A stretch of DNA of 64,000 bases from contig VFZF01000009.1 in assembly GCA_016871335.1 (NCBI GenBank), positions 34,267 to 98,266 on the forward strand, given 5' to 3'. Under the pieces are notes generated by a model. It was not told where the DNA came from, did not search any database, and was given only the letters and a program-made list of their open reading frames with translations. Both the position numbers and the translations under genes were made by a program. The stretch is from Acidimicrobiia bacterium (lineage in GTDB: Bacteria; Acidobacteriota; Vicinamibacteria; Vicinamibacterales; SCN-69-37). Within the stretch, counting starts at the first letter, position 1, and each line of letters starts with the position of its first letter. Below are positions 36,448 through 45,656 of this stretch, piece by piece.

Positions 36448-37836
36448 ATGGCTGTCATTCTCATCGTTGACGACGAAGCGGGCGTGCGATCGTCGCTGGC
36501 CGGCGTCCTGCGGGACGAGGGGTACCAGGTCGACACCGTCGACAGTGGGGAGGCCTGTCTCGAGCAGGTGCGGCGCAAGGCGTACGACGTGTTGCTGCTC
36601 GACATCTGGCTGCCCGGCCTTGATGGTCTGGACACGCTGGAACAGTTGCGTGCGAGGGGGCTGGAGGCCGAGGTCATCATGATCTCCGGCCACGGCAACA
36701 TTGAAAATGCCGTGCGCGCGACCAAACTCGGCGCGTTTGATTTCATCGAGAAGCCGCTCTCGCTTGAGAAGACCGTGCTGGTAGTGCGCAATGCCATCCG
36801 CCAGCACCAGCTCGAAGTGGAGAACCGCGCGCTGCGGGCCCGCGTCGATCGCCGCTTCGTCATTGTTGGCGAGAGTTCGGCGATTGGCCGGCTCCGGGAA
36901 CAGATTGCGATGGCCGCGCCGACCAATGGCCGCGTCCTGATTTCGGGGGAGAACGGCACCGGCAAGGAACTGGTCGCGCGGCACATCCATCTGCTGAGTC
37001 AGCGGCAGGAGAAACCGTTCATCGAGGTGAACTGCGCCGCGATCCCGGAAGAACTGATCGAATCGGAGCTGTTTGGACACACCCGGGGCGCGTTTACGGG
37101 GGCCGTCGCCGACCGGCGCGGCAAGTTCGAACTGGCGCACAGCGGCACGTTGTTTCTCGACGAGATTGGGGACATGAGCCTGAAGACGCAGGCCAAGGTG
37201 TTGCGTGCGCTGCAGGAGCAGGTCATTGAACCGGTGGGGGGGCAACACAGCGTGCGCGTGGACGTGCGCATCATTGCCGCGACCAACAAGGACCTGCTCG
37301 ACGAAATTCGCGCGGGCCGGTTCCGCGAGGACCTGTTCTTCCGGTTAAACGTGATCCCGATTCACGTCCCGCCCCTGCGCGAGCGCGGGGATGATGTGGT
37401 GCTGCTGGCGCGGCATTTCATCACTGAGATTGCGCGGGAGTACGGGCGGCGGCTGAAGCAGCTGACGCCCGAGGCGGAGGCGGTCCTGCGCGCCTTCCGC
37501 TGGCCCGGCAACGTGCGCGAACTGCGCAACGTGATCGAGCGCGTGATGATCATGGTGCCCGGCGAGCAAATTTCCGCCGCCGACCTGGCGTTCCTCGGCG
37601 TGTCGTCGCCCGCTCATGTGCGGGGCGTCGGCGCAGCATCGCTGCTGCCGGCGTCGGAGGTGCTGCCGCTCTACAGCGCGCGCGACGACTGGGAACGCGA
37701 ATACATCCGCGCCGCCCTTGCCGCCTGCGACGGCAACATCTCACGCACGGCGGATGTGCTCGGCGTTGAGCGGTCCAATCTCTACAGGAAGATGAAAGGG
37801 CTGGGACTGGAGCCCTCCCGGATGGGCGGTACGTAG
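36448..37836 (+). CDS. sigma-54-dependent Fis-family response regulator (NtrX/NtrC-like)
   Basis: It has a receiver domain (ILIVDDE...DVLLLDIWLPGLDG), an AAA+ domain (GENGTGKE, GAFTGA, ESELFGH) and a C-terminal HTH. Confidence 0.9.
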   Translation: MAVILIVDDEAGVRSSLAGVLRDEGYQVDTVDSGEACLEQVRRKAYDVLLLDIWLPGLDGLDTLEQLRARGLEAEVIMISGHGNIENAVRATKLGAFDFIEKPLSLEKTVLVVRNAIRQHQLEVENRALRARVDRRFVIVGESSAIGRLREQIAMAAPTNGRVLISGENGTGKELVARHIHLLSQRQEKPFIEVNCAAIPEELIESELFGHTRGAFTGAVADRRGKFELAHSGTLFLDEIGDMSLKTQAKVLRALQEQVIEPVGGQHSVRVDVRIIAATNKDLLDEIRAGRFREDLFFRLNVIPIHVPPLRERGDDVVLLARHFITEIAREYGRRLKQLTPEAEAVLRAFRWPGNVRELRNVIERVMIMVPGEQISAADLAFLGVSSPAHVRGVGAASLLPASEVLPLYSARDDWEREYIRAALAACDGNISRTADVLGVERSNLYRKMKGLGLEPSRMGGT

Positions 37837-37859
37837 GGCGCCCTGGGGTTCAGGGCGCC
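37834..37859 (+). repeat. REP-like hairpin, forward orientation
   Basis: tag-ggcgccct-ggggttc-agggcgcc. The TAG (37834-37836) is the stop codon of the response regulator. Confidence 0.8.
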
Positions 37860-37864
37860 AATCT

Positions 37865-37890
37865 GGCGCGCTGCAGTTCAGCGCGCCCTA
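37865..37890 (-). repeat. REP-like hairpin, reverse orientation
   Basis: ggcgcgct-gcagttc-agcgcgcc-cta. The cta (37888-37890) is the TAG stop of the convergent formimidoyltransferase gene. Confidence 0.8.
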
Positions 37891-38778
37891 CGCGCGCAGC
37901 GCGTTCTCCAACACCTGGGCGTCCGTGAAGTCCGAGACCTGGAGGAACCAGGCGGCGGACTGGGTGAGCGCGGCTGAGGGCACCAGGCCGATGATTTCGC
38001 TTTCGAGCACCGCGACACCGTACCGGGCGGCTTCGCGTTTGACCGTCTCGAAGACGCGGTAGAGCGGCGTCTTTTCGTAGTTGGTCAGGTTCATCGAGAC
38101 CTGCACGATGCCGCGGTCTTCCAGCGCGAGGCCCATGGCCTTCACGTAGCGGAAGCCGCCGGAGCTGTGGCGCACGGCGTTGGCGATCTTCTTGGCGACG
38201 TCGAGACGATCGGTGGCCAGGTTGATGTTGTAGGCAATGAGCGGCATCCGCGCGCCAACCACTGCGGCACCTGCCGAGGCGTGTGCGGCCGCCGGTCCGA
38301 AGTCAGGGGCCCACTCAGGTTTGGCGATCTTGGTGGCGAGGCCCTCAAACTCTCCGCGACGGATGTCCTCCAGGTTCCTTCGGGCGGAGGAGGACGCCGC
38401 TTCTTCATACAGATAGATCGGCAAGGCGTGTTTCGAGGCGACCTGGGCGGCGACCTCCTTTGCCAGAGCCACGCAATCGGCCATCGTGGCGCCCTCGATG
38501 GGCACAAACGGCACCACGTCCACGGCGCCCAGCCGCGGATGTTCCCCCTTGTGTTCGCGAAGATCGATCGCCGCCACCGCCCGGTCGAACAGCGCCAGTG
38601 TGGCGGCCTTCACCTCGGCGGGTGAGCCGGCATAACTGAAGACCGTCCGGTGGTGCGTCCCATCAGGCTTCACGTCGAGCAACTTCGCTCCCGCTGCCTG
38701 AATCGCCGCCGCACACGCGTCCAGCACGTCCTGCCGTCGCCCTTCGCTGATGTTCGGAATGCACTCGATGATGGCCAT
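37888..38778 (-). CDS. glutamate formimidoyltransferase
   Basis: ORF 37888..38949 was trimmed to MAIIECIPNISEGRR at 38778 (alternative Met at 38787). The sequence is typical of the FtcD N-terminal formiminotransferase domain. The longer extension reads through a tandem repeat. Confidence 0.85.
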   Translation of the reverse strand: MAIIECIPNISEGRRQDVLDACAAAIQAAGAKLLDVKPDGTHHRTVFSYAGSPAEVKAATLALFDRAVAAIDLREHKGEHPRLGAVDVVPFVPIEGATMADCVALAKEVAAQVASKHALPIYLYEEAASSSARRNLEDIRRGEFEGLATKIAKPEWAPDFGPAAAHASAGAAVVGARMPLIAYNINLATDRLDVAKKIANAVRHSSGGFRYVKAMGLALEDRGIVQVSMNLTNYEKTPLYRVFETVKREAARYGVAVLESEIIGLVPSAALTQSAAWFLQVSDFTDAQVLENALRA

Positions 38779-38795
38779 CGGGATCATTCTACGGT

Positions 38796-38957
38796 AGTGC
38801 TGGGTGCTGGGTGCTCGGTGCTCGGTGCGAAGTGCTTCGTGCGCGCCGGGTGCCGCACTGAGCACCCGGCACCGGGCACCCGGCACCGGGCACCCAGCAC
38901 CGGGCACCCAGCACCGGGCACCCAGCACCGGGCACCCAGCACCGGGCACCCAGCACG
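38796..38957. repeat. composite inverted repeat of heptamers, including 6.8 copies of a 14-nt unit GCACCCRGCACCGG
   Basis: The left arm has gtgctgg x2, gtgctcg x2, then gtgcgaa/gtgcttc/gtgcgcg. The right arm has gcacccggcaccgg x2 and gcacccagcaccgg x4 plus a partial unit (38862-38956). It sits in the divergent intergenic region between the starts at 38778(-) and 39013(+). Confidence 0.85.
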
Positions 38958-39012
38958 AAAAACGCTCTTGTACTTATGATCAAGAGTTGCTACACTCCGC
39001 GCCGTACTGACC

Positions 39013-39795
39013 ATGACTGACCCCACGCGCCACGCTGACCGTACGCCGGACGCACCGTCCGGGGGGGATCCTCGCGTCGACGCGCTGCTGATTGAGGGGT
39101 TGGAGCACTACTTCGCCGGACAGTTTGAGCACGCGATTCACCTCTGGACGCGTGTGTTGTTTCTTGATCGCCACCACGTCAGTGCACGGGCCTACATCGA
39201 GCGGGCTCGTGGCGCGATTGCCGAGCGGCAGCGCCGGGCGGATGAGTCGCTGCAGGCCGTCGCCCGGCTGCTCGATGAAGGCCGTGCGGCGGAAGCGCGC
39301 GTCCGGTTGACGACCGTCATCACCACGGCCGGTGACGATGAACGCACGGCCGCCCTGCGACTGCGGCTCGAACGCCTTGAACGGGTGATTGGCGGCTCCC
39401 CGCGTATCCACGCCGCGCCGCTTGAAACGTCGGCCTGGTGGCGACACGGGATGGCCGTGGCGAACTACCGTGTCCGGTTACACCACGCGGCCGCCGCCGC
39501 CGTGCTGTTGTGCCTGTTCGTCCTGGGGGCGAGTCCGGCGGTCCAGCAGTGGCTTGGCCTGCGCTCGGTTCCGGATGTGCCCGTTCAGGTCCCCGTGGCT
39601 GCGGTGGTGCCGGTACCAACCACTGCCGAAGTGGCCCTCATCCGGGCACGGGCGTTGTACGCCCGCGGCCGTCTGGCGGAGGCCCTCGGGGCCCTGGAGC
39701 GGGTGGCTCCTGAACAGGCCCAACGCGCAGATGCCGATAAGTTGCGGGTGGAGATTCAACGGGTGTTGCTGGCGGGCGTGGAGGGACGACGATGA
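39013..39795 (+). CDS. hypothetical membrane protein with TPR-like N-terminal region
   Basis: The 260-aa ORF contains GLEHYFAGQFEHAIHLWTRVLFLD and one central TM segment. I recognise no specific family. Confidence 0.6.
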   Translation: MTDPTRHADRTPDAPSGGDPRVDALLIEGLEHYFAGQFEHAIHLWTRVLFLDRHHVSARAYIERARGAIAERQRRADESLQAVARLLDEGRAAEARVRLTTVITTAGDDERTAALRLRLERLERVIGGSPRIHAAPLETSAWWRHGMAVANYRVRLHHAAAAAVLLCLFVLGASPAVQQWLGLRSVPDVPVQVPVAAVVPVPTTAEVALIRARALYARGRLAEALGALERVAPEQAQRADADKLRVEIQRVLLAGVEGRR

Positions 39796-40823
39796 GATGC
39801 ACCAAGTGCAGCTATTTGAGTTTTGACCCGGAGCCGCGCTGCCGGAACTGCGGGCACGATCTGTCAATCGACGATCTGTCGCTCGGCGAGATTCCGTTGC
39901 GGGAGACGGCCTCCGGCGGTGACCCCCTCGACGAGTTCGACCTCCACCTCCACCTCCACATCCGCCAGGAGCCGGAACCCGCGCCGGTCTCCAGGCATCG
40001 GTCGATGCTGTCGCGGGAAGAGGCGGGTGGCGTCGCCACGATGACGCCGCCAGTGATGGCGAAGCCGGTGGTGCGTGTGGCGCCTGCGCCCGTGGCTGCG
40101 CCAACCGCCGTGATGGCCGCACCGATGACCGCGGAATTGCCGCTGTTTGTCCGCGACATGGTGCAGGCCGAGGAAGATCTGGAGCCCCTGGTGAAAGTGC
40201 CGCAGCGTCCGCGACCCCCGCTCGCGGTGCGACGGACGACGCCGGATCCCGCGAAGCTCCGGGCAAAATATGCGATTCCGCAGGAGCCGTCGTTGCTGGA
40301 TTCGATGACGGACCTGACCGAGGCACCGGTACGACCGACGCCGATGCACAACGAGCCGGCGTTGTGGCAGTACGAACCTCCCGTGGAAACAGCGCCTCCG
40401 ACGACCGCGTTGCCGACGCCAATCGCGACGACGCCGCGTGTGGCCGCCGCAGCGATCGACGCGAGTGTGCTGGGAGTGATCGCGGTCTCCACCGTCGTCT
40501 TCACCCTGCGTTTCGCCGAACTGCCGCTGGCCGGCGTCCTGGAATTGCCGCTTGTCCCGATGGTCGCGTTTTTTGCCCTGATTGGTCTCGGCTACGAACT
40601 GATGTTCACCGCCGCCAGCGGCCAGACCATCGGCAAGATGGTCATGGGCCTGCGCGTGGTGCCTGATGAGCCGCACGCGGAGACCGAACGTGTGTCGATT
40701 CGCCAGGCGTTTGTGCGGGCACTCTCGATGCTGCCGCTGGGTGTCGGACTTGTGGCGGCGTTTGTCGGCCATGGCCTCGCGGTGCACGACCGGGTGGCCC
40801 ACACGCGCGTGGTGCGGGTGTGA
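39792..40823 (+). CDS. RDD-family membrane protein with N-terminal zinc ribbon
   Basis: It starts MRCTKCSYLSFDPEPRCRNCGHDL, has a long Pro/Ala-rich linker and ends in an RDD-type TM domain. It overlaps both neighbours by 4 nt. Confidence 0.7.
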   Translation: MRCTKCSYLSFDPEPRCRNCGHDLSIDDLSLGEIPLRETASGGDPLDEFDLHLHLHIRQEPEPAPVSRHRSMLSREEAGGVATMTPPVMAKPVVRVAPAPVAAPTAVMAAPMTAELPLFVRDMVQAEEDLEPLVKVPQRPRPPLAVRRTTPDPAKLRAKYAIPQEPSLLDSMTDLTEAPVRPTPMHNEPALWQYEPPVETAPPTTALPTPIATTPRVAAAAIDASVLGVIAVSTVVFTLRFAELPLAGVLELPLVPMVAFFALIGLGYELMFTAASGQTIGKMVMGLRVVPDEPHAETERVSIRQAFVRALSMLPLGVGLVAAFVGHGLAVHDRVAHTRVVRV

Positions 40824-41275
40824 CCCGACTGGGCGTGGCCCTCGCCACGGTGGGTGGCGCGGGATTTTTTCCGATCGCGCCAGGTACCGTCGGCTCCGCG
40901 GTGGGTGTCGGCGTGTATCTGTTGACGTATCAGTGGCCCTGGGCCTGGCAGCTCGGTGTGCTCGCGGCTGTGACTGTGGTGGGCATCTGGTCGTCGGGCG
41001 TGGCCGCGACCGCTCTCGACCGCGAAGACCCGGGGCCGGTGGTCATCGACGAGGTCGCGGGCCAGCTGGTCACGCTCTTTCTGACCGGTGCGGGGCTCAC
41101 CGGCGCCATCATCGGGTTCTTCGTCTTCCGCCTCTTCGACATCATCAAACCCTGGCCGGCCCGACAGCTTGAAGACCTCCCGGGAGGCGTCGGCATCATG
41201 GCCGACGATCTCATGGCGGGGGTGTACGGATGGGTGGTCGTCACCGGTATCCTGTGGTGGTGGCCGGGCCTCTGA
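40820..41275 (+). CDS. pgpA: phosphatidylglycerophosphatase A
   Basis: The 151-aa ORF contains GAGFFPIAPGTVGSAVG, VIDEVAGQ and FRLFDIIKPWP. Confidence 0.85.
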   Translation: MTRLGVALATVGGAGFFPIAPGTVGSAVGVGVYLLTYQWPWAWQLGVLAAVTVVGIWSSGVAATALDREDPGPVVIDEVAGQLVTLFLTGAGLTGAIIGFFVFRLFDIIKPWPARQLEDLPGGVGIMADDLMAGVYGWVVVTGILWWWPGL

Positions 41276-42543
41276 CCGAAACTCCAACCGCTGAAATCCT
41301 GGCCATCGGGTCGGAACTGCTCACGCCGTTCCGCATCGACACCAACTCACTGTTCCTGACGGGACGTCTGAATGACCACGGCATCGAGCTGCTGGGCAAA
41401 TCGGTTGTCGGCGATCGACCGCAGGCGCTGGTGGAGGCGCTGCGCCTGGCGGTGGGCCGCGCGAGCGTCGTGGTCACGACGGGGGGCCTTGGCCCGACCG
41501 ATGACGACCTGACCCGCGACGCGATGGCGACGGTGGCTGGTGTCCCGTGCCACGAAGATGCGACCGTGCTGGAGGCGATCGCGGAGCGGTTTGCCCGCCG
41601 CAAGATGCCCATGCCGGCGATGAACCAGCGACAGGCGATGGTCCCGGATGGCGCGGCGGTGCTCGACAACCCGCATGGCACGGCGCCTGGCCTCTGGCTG
41701 CCGCTGGGGCACAGCGTCATCGTGGCGCTGCCGGGCCCGCCGCGCGAAATGAAACCCATGTGGGAGACCCACGTGGCCCCACGATTGGCCGTGTGGTTCG
41801 GGATGCGGCATTTGCGACGTCGCACGTTGAAGATTGCGGGTCGTGGGGAGTCGCACGTGGATGAGATCGCCGCGCCGATCTACGGTCCGCTGCGCGACGG
41901 CTCCCCGGCCATTGAGACGTCCATTCTTGCGTCACCAGGCCAGGTGGAGTTGCACCTGTCGGCGAAGGGGGCGGATGTCGATGCGCTGGACCGCGCGCTT
42001 GACGCTGCCGTGTGCGCGCTCTCACGCGCGATTGGGGCACCGGTGTTCAGTGTGGACGGCCGCGAACTCGAAGAGGTGGTCGGTGACCAGCTGCGCGCAC
42101 GGGGCGGCACCGTGGCGGTCGCCGAGTCCTGTACCGGTGGCATGGTGTTGGGACGTCTGACCAACGTGCCGGGGAGTTCGGCCTGGGTAACCGGCGGCGT
42201 GGTGGCGTACGACAACCTCGTCAAGGTGCGCGACCTCGGTGTGCCGGAGGCCGTCCTCGCGGCGCATGGCGCGGTCAGCGAGCTTGTGGCGTCGGCGATG
42301 GCTGCCGGCGTACGGGCACGGATGCAGACGGACGTTGGCGTGGGGATTACAGGGATTGCCGGACCCACGGGCGGCACTGACGCGAAGCCGGTGGGCACGG
42401 TGGTGATCGCGGTGGATGGGCCGGACACACGTCACGTGGTGCGGACGCTGCGGTTTCCGGGTGACCGGGCGATGGTGCGGCAGATGTCGGTGCAGACCGC
42501 GCTCGACCTGCTGCGTCGCGCCTGCGCGGAGGACTGTATGTAG
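41230..42543 (+). CDS. cinA: competence/damage-inducible CinA-family protein (MoCF-binding + PncC-like domains)
   Basis: It contains AEILAIGSELL, TTGGLGPTDDDLT and VAESCTGGM. The true start is probably one of the GTGs at 41254-41260, which would limit the overlap with pgpA. Confidence 0.85.
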   Translation: MGGRHRYPVVVAGPLTETPTAEILAIGSELLTPFRIDTNSLFLTGRLNDHGIELLGKSVVGDRPQALVEALRLAVGRASVVVTTGGLGPTDDDLTRDAMATVAGVPCHEDATVLEAIAERFARRKMPMPAMNQRQAMVPDGAAVLDNPHGTAPGLWLPLGHSVIVALPGPPREMKPMWETHVAPRLAVWFGMRHLRRRTLKIAGRGESHVDEIAAPIYGPLRDGSPAIETSILASPGQVELHLSAKGADVDALDRALDAAVCALSRAIGAPVFSVDGRELEEVVGDQLRARGGTVAVAESCTGGMVLGRLTNVPGSSAWVTGGVVAYDNLVKVRDLGVPEAVLAAHGAVSELVASAMAAGVRARMQTDVGVGITGIAGPTGGTDAKPVGTVVIAVDGPDTRHVVRTLRFPGDRAMVRQMSVQTALDLLRRACAEDCM

Positions 42544-42566
42544 GGCGCACTGGGTTGGAGTGCGCC
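42541..42566 (+). repeat. REP-like hairpin, forward orientation
   Basis: tag-ggcgcact-gggttgg-agtgcgcc. The TAG is the cinA stop codon. Confidence 0.8.
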
Positions 42567-42571
42567 GAGTT

Positions 42572-42598
42572 GGCGCGCTCAAACCCAGCGCGCCCTAC
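42572..42598 (-). repeat. REP-like hairpin, reverse orientation
   Basis: ggcgcgct-caaaccc-agcgcgcc-ctac. It forms a head-to-head pair with the previous copy. Confidence 0.8.
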
Positions 42599-42621
42599 GT
42601 TTGGTCATAGAATTGGAGTTC

Positions 42622-43656
42622 ATGTCGGACGGAACTTCGCAGGACACCCATCGTGCGGCCGTCCTCGGCGCGGGCAGCTGGGGCACGGCGCTCGCCATTC
42701 AACTGGGCAGTGTCGGACACCAGGTCGCGCTCTGGGGACGTGATGCGGCCCTGATGTCGGCGATGGCCGAGCGCCGCGCGAATCCCACGTATCTGCCGGA
42801 TGTCACCTTTCCCGCACCTGTCCGTCCCACGTCGTCGCTCGCCGGCGCGTTGGCGGGGGCGCGGTATGTGATTGTGGCGGTGCCATCACATGGACTGCGG
42901 GCGGTGGTGCGTCAGTCCGCACCGCTGGTGGAATCCGGCACCATCTTCGTCAGTGCGACCAAGGGTATTGAAGAGGATTCCCTGAAGCGCATGTCGGAAG
43001 TGATTGCCGAGGAGACCGGCGGGCGTGCTCCCGTGGTGGTGTTGTCCGGACCAAGTTTTGCCGCCGAGGTCGCGCAGCGCCTGCCCACGGCCCTCGTGGC
43101 GGCGTCACAGGACGATGCGGCGATGGTGGCGGTGCAGGATCAGTTTCGCGGTCCGCAGTTCCGTCTCTATGGATCAACCGATGTCGTCGGTGTCGAGATC
43201 AGCGGTGCGCTGAAGAACATCATTGCGATCGCCGCCGGTGTCGTGGAGTCGCTGGGGCTGGGACACAACGCGATGTCCGCGCTCATCACGCGAGGACTTG
43301 CGGAGATTGCCCGGCTGTCGTGTGCGATGGGCGGACAACGGGAGACGCCCGCTGGCCTGAGTGGTCTTGGCGATCTGGTGCTGACCTGTACGGGGTCGCT
43401 GAGCCGCAACCGGCATGTGGGGATCGAGCTGGGGCGTGGACGGCCACTTGGTGATGTGCTTGCAGGCATGCGGATGGTGGCTGAAGGCGTACGCACCACA
43501 TCTGCGGCGCTGGCGCTCGGCGCGAAGCATGGTGTCGAACTGCCCATCGCGAGTCAGATCTCGGACGTGCTCGAGGGACGCAAAAGTCCGCGTGCCGCGG
43601 TCGGGGACCTGATGTTACGACCGCAACGCGGCGAACGGGATCACGGGGCACGGTAA
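42622..43656 (+). CDS. gpsA: NAD(P)H-dependent glycerol-3-phosphate dehydrogenase
   Basis: ORF 42601..43656 was trimmed to the ATG at 42622. It contains VLGAGSWGTALA, the KGIE region and the typical GpsA C-terminus. Confidence 0.9.
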   Translation: MSDGTSQDTHRAAVLGAGSWGTALAIQLGSVGHQVALWGRDAALMSAMAERRANPTYLPDVTFPAPVRPTSSLAGALAGARYVIVAVPSHGLRAVVRQSAPLVESGTIFVSATKGIEEDSLKRMSEVIAEETGGRAPVVVLSGPSFAAEVAQRLPTALVAASQDDAAMVAVQDQFRGPQFRLYGSTDVVGVEISGALKNIIAIAAGVVESLGLGHNAMSALITRGLAEIARLSCAMGGQRETPAGLSGLGDLVLTCTGSLSRNRHVGIELGRGRPLGDVLAGMRMVAEGVRTTSAALALGAKHGVELPIASQISDVLEGRKSPRAAVGDLMLRPQRGERDHGAR

Positions 43657-44591
43657 TGGCGTTGTTCGATCGACTCACGGCCGGGCTGTCGAAGACGGCC
43701 CGGCAAATCCGGGAGCGGTTTGCGGACGTGGCCGCCACGGAGGCGGTGTCCACCTCCGCAGCAGGGCGCTCGCCCGGTGCCGGTCGGGCCGCGCTCGACC
43801 TCGACACGCTGGAAGCGGTGGAGGATGCGCTCATCGCCGCCGACGTCGGACTTCCGGCTACCGAACGTATTGTCGAGGCGGTGCGTCACGACCGGCAGGG
43901 CACTCTCGGGGCCCGGGTGGGACGCGAGGTGCGGCGGATTCTCGGTGAGGCAGCCCCCGTGCCGGCCGTTACGACTGTGCCACACGTGATTCTGGTGGTC
44001 GGTGTCAATGGCACCGGCAAGACAACCACGGTCGGCAAGCTCGCGAACCTCTACAAGCAGTCGGGCAAGTCGGTGCTGGTGTGTGCGGCCGATACCTTCC
44101 GCGCCGCGGCCGTCGAGCAACTGGCGGTGTGGACGGAGCGGGCCGGTGTTGACCTTGTGCGCGCGCAGTCCGGATCGGATCCGGCGGCCGTGACGTTTGA
44201 TGCGGTCACCGCGGCCAAGGCGCGCCACCGCGAGATCGTGATCGTCGACACGGCAGGCCGCCTGCATACGCGAGCCAACCTGATGGCGGAGCTCGACAAG
44301 ATTCGTCGCATTGTGGCGCGCGAAGTGCCAGGCGCTCCGCATGAAGTGCTGCTGGTGCTGGATGCCACGGTCGGTCAGAACGGACTTGTGCAGGCGCGCG
44401 AGTTCCAGCAGGCGAGTGGCGCCAACGGTATCGTGATCACCAAACTCGACGGCACGGCGAAGGGCGGCGTCGCGGTGGCCATTGCGCACGACCTGAAGTT
44501 GCCGATCCGGTTCGTGGGTGTGGGCGAGGGCATTGACGACTTCGTGTCGTTCGACGCCGATGCCTACGTCGAGGCGATCTTCACCGCGTAG
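43656..44591 (+). CDS. ftsY: signal recognition particle receptor FtsY
   Basis: The 311-aa ORF has the NG domain motifs GVNGTGKTTT, DTAGR and TKLDGTAKGG. Confidence 0.92.
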   Translation: MALFDRLTAGLSKTARQIRERFADVAATEAVSTSAAGRSPGAGRAALDLDTLEAVEDALIAADVGLPATERIVEAVRHDRQGTLGARVGREVRRILGEAAPVPAVTTVPHVILVVGVNGTGKTTTVGKLANLYKQSGKSVLVCAADTFRAAAVEQLAVWTERAGVDLVRAQSGSDPAAVTFDAVTAAKARHREIVIVDTAGRLHTRANLMAELDKIRRIVAREVPGAPHEVLLVLDATVGQNGLVQAREFQQASGANGIVITKLDGTAKGGVAVAIAHDLKLPIRFVGVGEGIDDFVSFDADAYVEAIFTA

Positions 44592-44599
44592 CCGGGCGC

Positions 44600-45655
44600 A
44601 TGATGACGACTGCCGATCACGCGGCGTGGATGGCCCGGGCACTGTTTGTGGCCGAGCGCGGCCGCGGGCGCACCAATCCCAATCCGCTTGTCGGGGCCGT
44701 CGTGGTCTCCCCCGACGGCGTGGTCGTCGGCCAGGGCGCGCACCTGGTGGCGGGTGGACCACACGCCGAAGTGCATGCCTTGCGGGTGGCCGGTGACGGT
44801 GCCCGGGGCGCCACGCTCTACTGCACCCTTGAGCCCTGTTGTCACATCGGCCGCACAGGGCCCTGCACCGAACGTATCATCGCCGCCGGCATCAGACGGG
44901 TCGTGACGGCGATCGAGGATCCCAATCCGCGCGTGTCGGGCGGCGGTCACGCCCGGCTTCGGGGCGCAGGCATCGAGGTCATCACGGGCGTCTGCGAAGA
45001 CGATGCCGCGCGACAGAACGCGCCGTTCCTGACATGGATCACGTGCGACCGGCCGTGGACCGTGGTGAAGACCGCGGTGTCGGCTGACGGGTACGTTGGC
45101 TCCTCACGACTCACATCCCCTAGGACCGACCGTTGGATGCATCGGCAGCGCGCGTGGATTGATGCGATTGCGGTGGGGGCGGACACGGTGCTGGCGGACG
45201 ACCCGCACCTGACGGCCCGCGGTGCGTGGAGGCCGAGGCCGCTGACGCGGGTGATTGTGGACTGGCGCGGACGGGTGCCGGCGACGGCGGCTGTGTATTC
45301 GACCCTGTCGGCGGGCCCCGTCATAATGGTTGGGTTGGATACGGTCCCGGCGACCCACCGTGCGGCGCTTCGCTCCAGGGGTGTGGACGTCGAGTTGTTT
45401 GAGTCGCGCCGCCTGGCCGCAGTCGGTGCGTTTCTTGCCGACAGGAACGTGCAATCGCTGCTGGTCGAAGGTGGTCCAGCGCTCCAGCAGGCCTGGAGTG
45501 GGGCGGGCCTGGTGGATGTGGTGCAGTACATCGAGACGCCGGCCGTGCTCGGTGAGGGGGTTCCCGTCGCTCCGGCGCTCGCGCATTGGGTGAACGGGCG
45601 GACGCCCACGCGGATGTTCGGTGCGGATCGGTGTGTGGAAGGAACGTGGTCCTGA
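44600..45655 (+). CDS. ribD: bifunctional riboflavin biosynthesis deaminase/reductase RibD
   Basis: It has the deaminase motifs HAEVHAL and TLEPCCH plus a C-terminal reductase domain. Confidence 0.9.
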   Translation: MMTTADHAAWMARALFVAERGRGRTNPNPLVGAVVVSPDGVVVGQGAHLVAGGPHAEVHALRVAGDGARGATLYCTLEPCCHIGRTGPCTERIIAAGIRRVVTAIEDPNPRVSGGGHARLRGAGIEVITGVCEDDAARQNAPFLTWITCDRPWTVVKTAVSADGYVGSSRLTSPRTDRWMHRQRAWIDAIAVGADTVLADDPHLTARGAWRPRPLTRVIVDWRGRVPATAAVYSTLSAGPVIMVGLDTVPATHRAALRSRGVDVELFESRRLAAVGAFLADRNVQSLLVEGGPALQQAWSGAGLVDVVQYIETPAVLGEGVPVAPALAHWVNGRTPTRMFGADRCVEGTWS

Positions 45656-45656
45656 C

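Noticed and set aside
38796-38957. Possible CRISPR array
   Set aside because: The repeat unit is only 14 nt (7+7) with no unique spacers between copies, and no cas genes are nearby. It is a simple tandem and inverted repeat.
44592-44599. FMN riboswitch upstream of ribD (and TPP riboswitch upstream of thiE)
   Set aside because: Only 8 nt separate ftsY from ribD, and thiE overlaps the preceding ORF, so there is no room for an aptamer. ribH is also absent from the cluster, so regulation and lumazine synthase must lie elsewhere.
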